DNA of 54,386 nt, filler included, from Xylographa opegraphella (GCA_022813865.1; 10 parts of 10 records of this genome joined end to end with filler, not necessarily neighbours in it); one strand, 5' to 3'. Counted from the first letter of the whole stretch, positions 1 to 12,110 are shown. Notes: generated by a model not told the origin, from the letters alone. Translations and numbers: made by a program.

Positions 1-84
1 GGCGCATGGGGTCGGGCCGTCTCACGACCGGGCGCTAGTCCCCTAGTGTCTTAGCCCTACCCTGTGAAGGTGAGAACCTTAACA
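1..84 (-). mobile_element. Partial LTR (family C-related) inserted in gypsy integrase
   Basis: Ends TACCCTGTGAAGGTGAGAACCTTAACA, identical to the end of the solo LTR at 48548-48906. Integrase-like codons resume at 85. Confidence 0.8.
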
Positions 85-1100
85 AGTACTCCATTATTAT
101 TCCCTTTAAAGAAACGTTTACAGCAGAACAGTTGATATTCCTCTTGTTAAACAGATTAATGAAAGATTATGATTTCTCAGCTGGAATTATTTCCGATAGA
201 AATAAATTGTTTACATTCAACTTTTGGAAGACTTTAATATTTAAACTAGGAGTTAAACTAAAAATATTAACAATTTATTATTTACAAATAGATAAACAAA
301 CTAAAAGAATAAACCAGAACTTGGAAGTATACCTACGACACTTTATAAATTTAAAATAAAATAATTAAGTATTATTATTGCCTTTAAAACAACTGGCACT
401 AAATGAAAAGCAATCTGCGACCACAGCACTGTCGCCTTTTTTCGCAAATTCAGGACGTTATTCTTAATTATTTAAAAACAAGAGATCAGGGCCTAATGCA
501 AACAAAGTAATAATATTAGCTAAAGATTTGAAGACGACGCATAAGGCGTTATTCAAGAAAATTAAATAAAATAACGAAAAGATCGCCGCAACAAGGTATA
601 AAAATAGCAAGAATAAATTTTAGTTAAAAAAAGGGGATAAAGTATACCTTCTTACGAAAAACTTAACAATCAGTAAGAAACAGAGCAAGAAGCTTAATTA
701 TGTCAAAATCGGACCATTCTTAATCAAGCAAGTCAGAGGACCAGTTAATTACCTTCTCGACCTGCCCAAAGATGCGAAAGTACACCCAGTGTTCTATGTA
801 TCCTTATTAGAACCTGCGGACGCCAGTACTCCAGTATAAACAACCTTTCGATATAAAAAAGAAGAAGAACAGAAATTCGAGGTAGAAAGAATCCTGGACA
901 AGCAAGGTCAGAAATACTTGGTCAAATGGAAGGGTTACCCAGAATCGGATAATACTTGGGAACCACTTACTAGCCTTGGGAATTGCCGGGAACTTTTTCA
1001 ACAGTATTACCAAGCAGAGCAAGAATCTCAGAAGAGGAAGCTTTCAAAGCCCCAGGAGGAAGAAAGGAAGGAGAGAGGGCCCCGTAGGAACCGCTGGTAA
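85..1100 (+). pseudogene. Degenerate Ty3/gypsy (chromovirus) pol 3' end: integrase core and chromodomain
   Basis: IISDRNKLFTFNFWKTL integrase motif, GPF..., VHPVFYVSLL, chromodomain [30 protein letters not shown]. Several TAA stops. Confidence 0.9.
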
Positions 1101-1482
1101 AGGCTTCCGCCTCTTGACGTTTATCATCTTCCAGGGCTTCGATGTTAAACATTTCGCGTTAAAATATTTCCCGTTCCTCGTCCTTAACATCCAAAAGCCG
1201 ACGTTTCTCTCGGCCTAGAGCCTTTCTTAATTTAACCACGCGACGTTTTATTTTATTCTTTCATTTCTTTAAATCTTGACGGTCGGTTTTGGTAATAATT
1301 AGAAAACATTGAGCTTTAACCGCTACGCAGTTCACGCAGAATTCGAACTTCGAAGAAATCGTATAGAAAAAATATTTCTTAATATAATAATTATAAAGGT
1401 GCATTGTGAATTTTCCTTTGTCGTGAATACTATACGACTGAACCTTTCGGCGATAAACGCTGATCAATTTGTGTTTTGGCAT
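970..1482 (-). pseudogene. Antisense accessory ORF of the gypsy element, Zn2Cys6-like cluster plus coiled coil, RIP-damaged
   Basis: ORFs 1261-1482 and 970-1152 share a frame. YNYY-x6-Y-x8-CVNC-x6-C gives C-x2-C-x6-C-x8-C-x2-C-x6-C if three TAT codons were TGT. A charged helical segment follows. Confidence 0.6.
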
Positions 1483-1538
1483 GATGCAGAGAAGCTGCTG
1501 GAATTCTTTCCGAGCAAGAATCTGGCGGGGGGAGCTAG

Positions 1539-2090
1539 TAATAAGGTTTTAACCAATGTTGTATGGAACAAGGATCGGGGGAATCTTATTTCGACTGCCT
1601 CCTCTGCCTCTGTAGGAGGCATAGGAGAAATGACTTCTAGAGCCTCGGTGGCCTTCTCGGGAGGCATAAAAGGCATTTCAAAATAGGATTTTTATATAGA
1701 GCGGAGGATTTCCTTACTGTAAAAGGCGTGTTCAACTTATGCTATAATCTTAGAATAGTAGGCTTCAATACAAACCTCTTGTTGTGACGGCTATGACATC
1801 AGTCACAAGTAATAGGGGTCGGGCTGGATCAGGACTAGCACCTTTAGTATATAGTCTCGCCCATGGAGCAGCCTCATCGCTTCTCCATCTTAATCTGGGT
1901 TGAAATCGTCCACCTAAAGCTTACGTTCTAGGCGTGCTTGCGTGGTGAGTTGATGAGCCATAACACTTGTACGAAAACTATTAGTTTTGTAAGAATTATT
2001 AAACTGTTACTGTGCCTTTCTATTCATTCATTGACGAATCAAACCCAGATCCTTAATCGAACTTTACTAGTAAGAAACAGGATCGTAACA
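1539..2090 (+). mobile_element. 3' LTR of the gypsy element (family C-related), interrupted by a solo LTR
   Basis: Purine tract GGGGGGAG at ~1527-1534, then TAATAAGGTTTTAACC (cf. TGTTAAGGTTCTCACC). 1690-2090 aligns with the reverse complement of 48548-48775 and ends GATCGTAACA. About 364 bp without the insert. Confidence 0.75.
1783..1965 (+). mobile_element. Solo LTR, family A (183 bp)
   Basis: TG...CA termini, 5-bp TSD CTTGT, multiple near-identical copies in the window. Confidence 0.92.
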
Positions 2091-4233
2091 ATGCTATTAT
2101 TTTATCGGCTAGAATAGTCACTTTATAAAATCTTTAAATAATATTGGGGTTAAAATAAGCAAAACGACGATGTCAAAGGTCGTAATTCTTTTATATAAAG
2201 CTTGTTGAGGGGCTTGTGGAAACCATAGGTATCGTATTAAGGTTGTTTAAACTCCCAGGTATTACATCTAAAAGGTCGGCATTATTAAAACTCTCGGCAT
2301 CCATGGCTGCATTGTTATTACCGAATTAACACATCTGATTATAAACATTTAAAACGAATTCTTGATTAATGATTTTGTATACCTAGTTAATTATATACAC
2401 TCCCCCAAGCTTCGTGGCTTTAATCATCGTTCGGCCAGAAAAAATCTTTATTTTTAAAGTATTTTTTATTAAAGCTCCCTTCAAGACCTCCCCTGCATAG
2501 CTTTATCCCTGACAGAAGATTTATATTAAAACCAGGGACATAGTAGACCCATAACAAAATAAGACGACTTCCATTGTCGGCTTTTAACACTGTCTCCCTT
2601 ATTTTATTAGTATATAGTTTTCCTTCTCCGACCTTTATCGTCCGGCGAAGAACTAATGTCAAGGCGCTGCTAAATAGTTAAAGATTGTTGATTATATAAT
2701 ATAATGCCCCGGAGTTCGCAATTTATTTTAAATAAAGAATTTTACTGGCCGCGTCGCGAGAAACAGCAGCAACCTCGACATTTTTATTGTCGTCGGCATC
2801 ACTGCCATTTAGGTCCCCCTCGCTAGTATCTGACTCAGCGTCGTAAGTATGTCGCTTCTTCTTATTTTTATGATAGCGATGAGGTGTACGCTCGCGGGAC
2901 TTCTTGACGGGTTTTCGCTGACTTGATCTTGAAAGCTCTCGTTTAGCATAGCTCTGGGCATTCGATAGGAATGGGCATGCCACCACGTAGTGGGTCGCAT
3001 CCTTGCAGATAAAGCATTTGGTCCTGGGTAAGTCACTATCGCTTCCTGATGATTGACTACGTCGCGATTTTGAACGCTTCTGGGGTTGCGAGCGGCGTTC
3101 GTCCTTTTAAGTAATTAGGAATTTCGACTGTTTTGCTGCCATTGCTTGCTTAGACCTTTTGAGTTCATCTTTTTTATCGCGTAGCATTCGGAGCCTGTCT
3201 TCGACGGTGATGTTTATCAGGGTTCGAATATTATCGCGTATAATGGTGTATTTATATAAAAGACCGCGAAGAAGAATTTGAAATAGCTCTTCGTTTTTAA
3301 ATACAATCTTTATAGCCGGTAGGGCCTTAATCACTTTGCTGCGTATTCGTTTTAGATCAACCCATGCTTCATTAATTGTTTTTCCATTTTGAACCTTATA
3401 TGTCGTAAGCTCGTTGAGTGAAGTACTTCCTACTGAGGAATAAATATCGAAGTATTTGCCTTTAAGGTGCTCCCATATCTTTTTTGCCGTTTTTATGCCT
3501 AGTATGTCCTTTTTATCGAACTCCCCCAGTCCCCCACGAACGATGACCTTCGCTTTAGCGTTTTCCTGCTTCCATTTTTGTTCCTTCTCGATATTTAGAG
3601 TCTGTTTAGGGAACTAAGAGGATGTATCGCGATTTTCGTCTGATGGGGTTAATACGTTTAAAGATGAAGATGTTGAAGCATCGATAGTAAAAAGTTTTTA
3701 AAACTAAGCAATCAGGCAGTACGACTTTCTAGTAGTGGTAAGTATATATTCGATGCCATTTGAATTAAGGATATTTTCGACCTGAATAAACCATGACGTG
3801 TAATTATCGCGGGCGAGCTGAGGTAGTAGCGGAAACCTGTCCTGGCTATTCTAATAGGCCATTGTAAAAGCAAAAAAAAATTAAAAGAATCGAATGTGTT
3901 GAAGAAAAAATAGTTTATTGCGTTTGTAGCAAGCTACCCTTTCTGCTTGTTGTTCTATAGGTATCAAGCTGCTCTGGTACTCGTTATTCTATTGATATCG
4001 AGCTGCCCGTTCTCTCCTTATATAAATAAACCAGTCCTTTAGGTCACCTTCCAACAGCTACAGCACGCGTAAATCGTTCGAATTACTGCTAAGCGTTACG
4101 CTGATCTCTAGGAGGTATTCACTATTCTGCCTCGTTCGCTCGAGGGTACGGCCGCGTGAATATTAGCGGTAATAAAACCTATTCTGCTGGATCTAACGTT
4201 TATTACTACCTAGGCTAACCCGGGTTTATAACC
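2091..4233 (-). pseudogene. Degenerate Ty1/copia gag-protease-pre-integrase, cut by the gypsy insertion
   Basis: LPQLARDNYTSW gag start, zinc-knuckle remnant (C..C...HYVVAC), YVPGFNINLLS protease C-terminus, HRRFA-like pre-integrase motif near 2150-2175. PBS GGTTATAAACCC resembles the fungal copia GGTTATGAGCCC. Confidence 0.85.
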
Positions 4234-4424
4234 TATTAAAAGATACGTGTATTTGGATCAGGGCGGGGGCAATAGTAATCGTATATTCGATGAGGTTCGG
4301 TATAAACCACGAGAACGTGATATATACCTTCTGCGCTAGTACTGAACTACGCTATACATAAATAGAACTAGCCTTCAGGTATTCCTTTATGCTTATCAGC
4401 AAGTGATGCTATTACCAATTAACA
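4234..4424 (-). mobile_element. 5' LTR of the copia element, family B (191 bp)
   Basis: Directly precedes the PBS on the minus strand. Homologous to the solo LTR at 36879-37069. Confidence 0.88.
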
Positions 4425-4582
4425 TTATTAAACTTTTTTCGATACGATAAATATATTTTTAAATATAATATTAATTAATATATTTTTATATCAAAATATT
4501 TCTTATTCAACAATCGTAAATAAATTTTTTTCAAATTTTCAGGCGGAATTACAAAATAATGACTTCGTTAATATAAAATTAT

Positions 4583-4814
4583 TGTTACGGCTCGCTATCT
4601 CACCAGAAAAGCAGGCCTAGAACCACAGCTATAGGTGAGCGATTTCAACCTAGAATAATANNNNNNNNNNNNNNNAGTAATACACGTAGAAGTTTAAAAT
4701 AAACAGTGCTAACGCCAAGACTCCTAACCGCTTTCGAACTAGCCTGAGTCCCGGACGCGCTTTAGTCCCGTTCCGTCTATCACTTGTTAAGGTGCCATGT
4801 AACACGCCGTTACA
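4583..4814 (-). mobile_element. Solo LTR, family D (~232 bp)
   Basis: TGTTAC...GTTACA, TSD ATTAT. Copies at 22018 and 40717. Confidence 0.9.
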
Positions 4815-5482
4815 ATTATATATCAAAAAAGATTTTTAAAGTAATCGTAATTAATTTTTACTTCAAATAATCGATTATAACTTTATTTTTAAAAGGTCGC
4901 TATTTTTTTAAATATACGTATAAAACGAATTCGCTAATAAAACTAAACGCTTTATTATTATATTCAATATAAATCGATTTACCCAATAAAGTCAAAATTT
5001 AATTATTAATGTCGATTTAAAATTTTTACTATTTATAAACGCGTTTAATTTTGGCCGTAATCTTTAAATTAATATATTTTACGAAGGCATTTCTCTCAAA
5101 ATTTTATATATTTAAATATATTAACCTTCGCTCGTAGTACTTTATTTATATCGAATTTTTAAAATGATAAAAATTACCATTTTATCCCCTACACCTAAGT
5201 TAATACGTTATATAATAATAAATAAATATCGATTTTTTATAATTATTGATCGTAGTTGTTAAGGCCCTCCTGTAGTTAATATTTAAATTTAAATAAAAAA
5301 ATTAAATTATAATATAAAAAAATAAACCCTCGTATAATATAATAATTTAGCAATAAATTAATTTTTCAATATAATTAAAACGTAGCCGGGTTTATAATTT
5401 ATTAAATTTAAAAGATATAAAATTAATTTTTATAAAAATAAAAAATATTTAGGGCGAAACTTTCAATATATTTTATATTAAT

Positions 5483-5545
5483 TGTTGAAAATCAGGGCGT
5501 TAGCAGTCTGTGTTGTTGGTCCTTTACTATAGCGGATTAGGCCTA
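5483..5545 (+). mobile_element. Partial LTR, family E (contig end)
   Basis: Matches the reverse complement of ~10025-10085. Confidence 0.85.
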
Positions 5546-5645
5546 NNNNNNNNNNNNNNNNNNNNNNNNNNNNNNNNNNNNNNNNNNNNTTAATTAATTA
5601 ANNNNNNNNNNNNNNNNNNNNNNNNNNNNNNNNNNNNNNNNNNNN
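5546..5645. other. Artificial contig linker (N44-TTAATTAATTAA-N44)
   Basis: Same 100-nt cassette at 11188, 16797, 22256, 27689, 33115, 38516, 43906 and 49262. Stop codons in all six frames. Confidence 0.97.
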
Positions 5646-5746
5646 TTCTGGAGCCCCGTCTCCAGAAGAACTCTTCACCTTCTTAGTGATTAAGCAATGC
5701 ACTGTTACCCGCTGCCATTACCTGTGCCTAGTGATTAGTTTCAATA
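5646..5746 (+). mobile_element. Partial LTR, family E (contig start)
   Basis: Matches the reverse complement of ~9898-9998. Confidence 0.85.
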
Positions 5747-6526
5747 TAAATTAAATTATCAAAAAAATACTTTTAAATTAAAAAAATAATATAAAAGACC
5801 AAATTCATACGCGTTAATACTTATAAAATTTAATATATTTTTAAAATAAAAATAGAATATAAAAAATAGTATTTCCAGCTTAAAAAAATAAATAATGTAA
5901 TGGATTCGAAACGGGTTTTTTAAGCGTGTTTGGATTTGAAGCTTTCTTCTTTATATATTTTTTATATAGCGATAAAGCAGCAGAGCCACAATCATAATTT
6001 TTTTTTTACTCTCTGTCAAACGAATAATAACTTTATTTAATAAAGATTTACTTCAGCTGCGAATTTAATTAATTTATTTTTTTATTTATTCAATTAAACT
6101 GTTGTAAATTTATTACGAATTTTTTTTATAATTAACGACTACGGTGCGAATCGATTATATATTATTAAAATAATAATAAAAAATTGGGGGCCGGTAATTA
6201 ACCTTAAGAAAAGAAAATGCAATAAAAAAATAAAACGTTATATTAATTATTTGCGAAAAGACATTAAACGGCGTATTAAAAATCAAAAAGAATTAAAAAT
6301 AAAGCGGAAAATCGCGTAATAACAATGAAAGCAAGGGAAAATTTAATGAAGAAAAAGAATAAATACAAAAAAACAAAAAAAACGAGGAAAGAGCGATAAA
6401 AAGAATTTAAAAATTTTTAATTTTTAAAATTAACTCGATTATCGTAGTTAGTTATTAATTTAATATCAATTTTTATTAATTTTTTTTAATTTTTTTAATA
6501 TTTATAAAATTTAATAAAATCGTATT

Positions 6527-6710
6527 TGTTACGGCTCATCAACTCACCACACAAGCACGCCTAGAACGTAAGCTTTAGGTGGACGATTTCAACCCAGATT
6601 AAGATGGAGAAGCGGTGAAGGCTGCTCCATGGGCAAGACTATATACTAAAGGTGCTAGTCCTGATCCAGCCCGACCCCTATTTCTTGTGACTGATGTCAT
6701 AATCGTCACA
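6527..6710 (-). mobile_element. Solo LTR, family A
   Basis: TG...CA, TSD GTATT. Confidence 0.92.
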
Positions 6711-8391
6711 GTATTAATTGAATTTAATCTTGATTTTTTTAATTTATTAACTTTAAAGAATATTGTTCGTTTATTTTATTGATAATATTTTTATTTACTG
6801 CGATACTGCAGATTAATATATCGGAAAATACAATTTAAAATTTATCGTCGATGCAAATAAAAATAAAAATAATATATTCAAAAACTTTTTTACTTTTGCT
6901 TAAAACGCTTAATACGTCGTTATTAATAAATTCGAATATTTTTTGAATTTATATAAATTTAAAAGATTTTGTACTTAAATTATAATCTGTCGACCGAAAG
7001 ACAAGTACGTTAAATATTATTTTATTACATAAAATTAATTAGAAATAATATTAAAGCGCTATAAAAATACGTGAATTAAAATTAAAATTCGTTTAAAAGA
7101 TTTTTTAAACGAATATTTTAATTAAAACGAGGGCTAAAAATATATATTTATAAATTCTTTTTAAATAGTATAAAAACGAGGCGAAGGTTAATAAAATTTC
7201 GTTAAAATAATATTACCGTTAAATTCGCTCGATAGCGATAATTTTAACGGAAAAAAAACTTGTGAAATCCAAGAAATATTTATGATTTTTATAAAGATTT
7301 GACGAAAACAAACGCGCGAAAGTAATTAAATATTTAAAATTTAAATCAAGAAATTCGAGTTCGTTTTATATAATAAACGCTATTAAAAAAACGAGTTTTG
7401 AAAATAAAGAAAAACGAGGGGCTTAAATTGCTGCGAAAAAATATTAAAAACAAGAAAAATTTAAATTAATTAATAAAAATCAAAATAGCGAATTAATTAA
7501 AATCGTTTAAAGAATTAACTTTAAAGATTTAAAAAAAATTTATCGTTTCGACTATTTCGATAATGGTTAAAAATTCGTTAATTGAAAAAATTAACGATTT
7601 GATTAAATCCTTTAAGAATTTAATATTTTTAATTTGAATTAAATTAAACGAATTGAATTAACGCCTGAAATAAAATATATATACGATTAATAAATTAATT
7701 ATTTAAAGCCAGCCGATTTAACTATATTTTAATAATAATTATTAGCGAAAATCTTCGTATATTTATAATAATTAATAAAATTACGAGTTAAAAAATATTA
7801 TTACGGTCAAAAAAATATATAAAACGTATAATTTTTATTTAAAATCGAAGTATTTTAAGCGCGGTTGTTTATATTTAAAAAAAATTAATTATCGACGAAG
7901 CGATAAATATAAATAAAATCGCTTACGAAAAAAAGGAAGAATAAAATAAAATTGCCTTTAAAAAATTCGATACGAAAATTAAATTAAATTAATCGTTTAT
8001 TAAAAAATAATTATAAACAAAAGCAGTAATTAAGGAATAAAACGTAAATCAATTACTTTGAATTAGCGTTAAATTTTAATACAAAAAAACGATTATTTTA
8101 AATATTTGATATTATTCGTTAAATAAAAAATAAAAAATAATATAATTTAAATAAAATAAAATAAAATATTCGAATCGAAAATCGAGTCGACCCCCAAAAG
8201 TAAAAATATTAAATAAGAATATTCAAATAGTAAAAAATAAAATAAAAAGGGTAAAAGTTTTACGAACTATTCGCACGGAAAATTATATAAATTTTAATTT
8301 CTTTAGAATATTCGATCAATTCGATAAATTATAAAACGTCGAAATAAAAAATAGCTAGAAAATCGTTTAAAATACGCAGAGAAATGCGGAT

Positions 8392-8478
8392 CAAAAAATA
8401 AAGGTAACAAATCAAAAAATAAAGGTAACAAATAAAATAATAAAGGTAACAAATAAAAAAATAAAGGTAACAAATAAA
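8392..8478. repeat. Tandem repeat, ~21-22 bp unit x4
   Basis: AAATAAAGGTAACAAAT(C/A)AAA repeated. Confidence 0.85.
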
Positions 8479-8814
8479 GAAATACAACAATAATAAATAT
8501 TAAAGAATATTAAATTAATTAATATTCTAAAGCAAGCCGCTATAAATAACCCGGATTTCGATGTTATAAAAAATATCTAAAGTTGTCGTTTTTAAGGTTA
8601 TAATGAACGATATATTTTTTGGAGATTTTAATTTATAAAATAATATTTAAGTCGAATAATCCTTCGATAACAAAAAAGATATATATAAAAAAGTATTTTA
8701 TTAAATACAAAATACGTATACAATATTATTATTAAATATTCTTTATTTGTTGTCGAGTTCTCGAATTTAAATTAATTAAAATTAAAATTTAAAGGTCTTG
8801 ATATTATTAAATAT

Positions 8815-9014
8815 AGTTGAAATGAGTGGGTGGAATCAGTATGGTGGAACCAGTGCTTCATTGAACTATGTGTCAAGATGCGTAAGAAGGTTGCTTTCTT
8901 CTTAAGGAAGAAAGCTCCCTTATATACGGCTACGCTAGTNTAGAAGCAGGTTAGCGTCTATGTTGCCTGCAGGCAACATAGAGGGCATTCTGCCAGGCAA
9001 CGCTATTTCCAACA
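8815..9014. mobile_element. Solo LTR-like insertion, family F (200 bp)
   Basis: GC-normal island AGTTGAAAT...ATTTCCAACA flanked by TSD AATAT. Only one copy in this window. Confidence 0.75.
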
Positions 9015-9897
9015 AATATCGAAATTTAAATTAATTTTATAAAAAAAATTGCTTGAAAATTAAATTTGTTTTATAATATCGACGATTGCCTAAAGTTGAT
9101 AAATATTAATAATAACGAGACTATATTAAAAGAAGTTCATAAAAACGTAGAAATAAGCTTTGATTTAATATTTATGATTTAATTTTTATTAATAATTAAA
9201 AAAGTAAATTAATTAAGAACATTAAATATATCGTACGTATTTATGATTAATATAAAAACGTTAATAAAAAAGAGTTATATATAAATAAAAATAACGAACT
9301 CGAAATTTTATAAATTCGTAAGATTTTATAATATTTAAATAAAAAAAGTTTTACGTATTAAAAAGCTATTTTATTTATATTTTAATACGTAGTTCGAATC
9401 TTTAAACGATTAATAAGTTTAAAATCGATAAAAAGTTTATAAATATAAATTAAATAAATATTATTAAAAAATAATAAAGATTCGTACTTTGATTTATTAT
9501 TTGTTTAAACGCAAAATAAATAAAAATTAGCTATCGTATATAATTTAACGTATTAATTTCGACTTTTAAATTCGTCGCAGGCTAAAGCTGCTCATTTATT
9601 TTAACGTTAAAAGAAAAAATTCGATTTGTAGTATAAATACAGTTTTTAAATTATTTATAAATAAAAGATTAATAAAAATATAGCTCGTAAATAAATCAAA
9701 TTTTAAAGGAAAAAATTTATTACAATTTATTAATTAAGAAAATAAATACTAACGAAATAAAACTTTATGTTTTATTAGCTTGATTTGTAGCTATTCGAAT
9801 ATTTATTTTTATTACGTATTAATATATTAATAAAAGGCGTTAAATTAATCTCGAACTGTATAAGCAAGTTTAAAATAAATTAACAATTATTCGCTAT

Positions 9898-10085
9898 TAT
9901 TGAAACTAATCACTAGGCACAGGTAATGGCAGCAGGTAACAGTGCATTGCTTAATCACTAAGAAGGTGAAGAGTTCTTCTGGAGACGGGGCTCCAGAAGA
10001 CTCCTCTAGTTCTGCACTAAGCTAGGCCTAATCGGCTATAGTAAAGGACCAACAACACNNACTGCTAACGCCCTGATTTTCAACA
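9898..10085 (-). mobile_element. 3' LTR of a young copia element, family E (188 bp)
   Basis: Follows the PPT TGAGTGGGAG (minus strand, 10086-10095) after the RNase H stop. Confidence 0.92.
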
Positions 10086-10092
10086 CTCCCAC

Positions 10093-11187
10093 TCAGTCTT
10101 TGTCGTAGCGTCCTCTGCTGACTGAAGAACTCCCACTGCTTGACATACCTAGAAGCCTCATGAACTGACTATGCTTGGTGGGATTCAGAAGCTTAGTTAG
10201 TCCGTCCGCGGCCATATCTTCTGTAGGCACATAGGTCACCTTGATCCGGTTTTGCTTAGCCAAGTCCCGAATATGATGATACATGACATCGATGTGCTTT
10301 GACCTTTCATGAAGATGCGGGTTCTGGGTTAATGCTAGGGAACCCTGGTTGTCCCCTCTAAGGTCCCCGCAGTATGGGTTCCGCCCTAAGTACTGAGGGT
10401 ATCCTGACTCACGGAGGAGCTGGGTTAGCCATTGCGCCTGGCGAGCTCCCACTGACAATCCAACGTACTCGGCTTCCGTAGTTGAGGTAGATACCGACTT
10501 TTGCTTCCGGCTTGCCCAGGACACGGGACCTCCTGCCATCTTGAAAACGTACCCGAATGTTGACTTCCGATCCTGCTTATCGTCGGCGTAGGCTGCGTCG
10601 GTAAAGCCGTGAAGATTTCTTTCTTCTTCCGGTTCTGGTCCAAAGGTTATTCCAACGTCAGCGGTGCTTCGCATGTACCTTAACAGATGTTTGGCCCCCA
10701 TCAGGTGGTGCTCAGCTGGATCGCTCATGAATTGACTCAATTTACCAAGAGCAAAGGCAATGTCTGGGCGGGTATAAACTTGAGCATGCATTAGACTTCC
10801 GATAAGCTTCTGGTATTCTTTTACGTTTACCCTTTTGTCGTCAGGATTTGCCGGGCGTAGATATTCTTCGCTGTTAAGAGGAACTTTGGTGGGCTTGTGC
10901 TTGTCGGTCACCATACCAACGGATTCCAATACCTTTTGGATATAGCGGCTTTGACTAAGCTTGATGGTACGCAGCTTGCGGTCGCGGGTGACTTCTATGC
11001 CTAGGATCTTCCGAATCTCCCCCAGGTCCTTGATCTTGAAGACACCAGCCATCTCAGTTTTGAACCACCTAATTTGCTCGGTAGTCTTGGCGGCGATACC
11101 CATATCATCGACGTAAAGTAGCAACAGGATTCCGCGTTCCCTGTGAAGTAGCAGACACGGGTCGACATGGCTTTGAACGAAACCCAT
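10093..11187 (-). CDS. Ty1/copia pol, reverse transcriptase C-half and RNase H (5'-truncated by contig end), uninterrupted
   Basis: LLYVDD, IKDLGE..ILGIEV, TRPDIAFA, GFTDAAYADD, SWASRKQKSVSTSTTEAEY, DNQGS, SKHIDVMYH, ADGLTK. Confidence 0.96.
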   Translation of the reverse strand: MGFVQSHVDPCLLLHRERGILLLLYVDDMGIAAKTTEQIRWFKTEMAGVFKIKDLGEIRKILGIEVTRDRKLRTIKLSQSRYIQKVLESVGMVTDKHKPTKVPLNSEEYLRPANPDDKRVNVKEYQKLIGSLMHAQVYTRPDIAFALGKLSQFMSDPAEHHLMGAKHLLRYMRSTADVGITFGPEPEEERNLHGFTDAAYADDKQDRKSTFGYVFKMAGGPVSWASRKQKSVSTSTTEAEYVGLSVGARQAQWLTQLLRESGYPQYLGRNPYCGDLRGDNQGSLALTQNPHLHERSKHIDVMYHHIRDLAKQNRIKVTYVPTEDMAADGLTKLLNPTKHSQFMRLLGMSSSGSSSVSRGRYDKD

Positions 11188-11287
11188 NNNNNNNNNNNNN
11201 NNNNNNNNNNNNNNNNNNNNNNNNNNNNNNNTTAATTAATTAANNNNNNNNNNNNNNNNNNNNNNNNNNNNNNNNNNNNNNNNNNNN

Positions 11288-11288
11288 A

Positions 11289-11351
<63 letters not shown>
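11288..11351. repeat. (TAAA)n microsatellite
   Basis: Direct reading, at a contig start. Confidence 0.97.
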
Positions 11352-11625
11352 GTAAAAGGTTTTAATTAAAATCGTAATTTCGCAAAGTTTTTATTGAAAA
11401 AAGATTACTATTCGTTCAACGAATAGTTAAAAAAAATTAAAAAAATTAATTATTATACAAAAACTCTTTTGATCGCGTATGTATTGTAAATAAAAAATCT
11501 TTAAAAATCTTTAAAAAAAAATAGGCCAAAAATAATAACGCTTTTTTTTACTATAATAATTTTATAAAAATCAAATTAAACTATTAATTAAATTGAAAAT
11601 TAGGCGAATACGACTTTTATTTTTT

Positions 11626-12110
11626 CGTAAATAAAAATATTATATTTAAATCGATCACTGCCCCTTGCCTTTTATATAAATAACAAAATCACGTTTAAAT
11701 CGATCGCGACCCCTTTGCTATTTATATAAATAAAAATATTATATTTAAATCGACTCGCGATTTTTTAGTTTTTATATAAATAAATAAATTACGCTTTAAA
11801 TCTGTAAAATGCAAACTTCGAAATAATTTTCGGCCTGCCTGCCTGCCTGCCGGTTTGCATTCTGGGCGTGGCTTTCGGCTGCCCGCATCCTGGGCGTGGC
11901 TTCCCGTTTAGAAAGCCCAATATGTATATAATCAGCAACTGCGGTCCTGAACACTTCTCTCCTTAGTTTCAGCTTGATAAATCAAATACGTATTGTACCC
12001 TGAGTTCAAACCTTGCATTTCACAAAATCGACCCGCGATCTTTTATTCTTTATATAAATAAATAAATTACGTTTAAATCTATGACGAGCCCTTGATTTTT
12101 TTACAAATAA
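11626..12110. repeat. Degenerate ~48-bp tandem array interrupted by a solo LTR
   Basis: Unit like TAAATAA.AAATYACGTTTAAATCGAYCGCGACCCCTTG.TTTTTATA, about 6 copies. Confidence 0.75.
11803..12024. mobile_element. Solo LTR, family G (222 bp)
   Basis: TGTAAAATGCAA...TTGCATTTCACA terminal inverted repeats, TSD AAATC. Confidence 0.88.

Larger units (their letters stand above)
5896..9897 (+). mobile_element. Heavily RIP-degraded LTR retrotransposon with a family H 5' LTR (5896-6130)
   Basis: 5896-6130 is an AT-shifted version of 28314-28568. It is followed by ATTAACGACTACGG (possibly a decayed TGGCGAC PBS) and A-rich former coding sequence. Internal extent is inferred. Confidence 0.6.

Noticed and set aside
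5590..5601. Regularly spaced TTAATTAATTAA motifs as a biological repeat or array
   Set aside because: Always centred in 100-nt N blocks, so an artificial six-frame stop linker.
5483..5746. One family E LTR or element spanning the gap
   Set aside because: The two halves are on different contigs and the flanks (TTAAT vs TAAAT) are not a TSD.
11626..12110. CRISPR-like array
   Set aside because: Degenerate tandem units without unique spacers, in a eukaryotic context with no cas genes.
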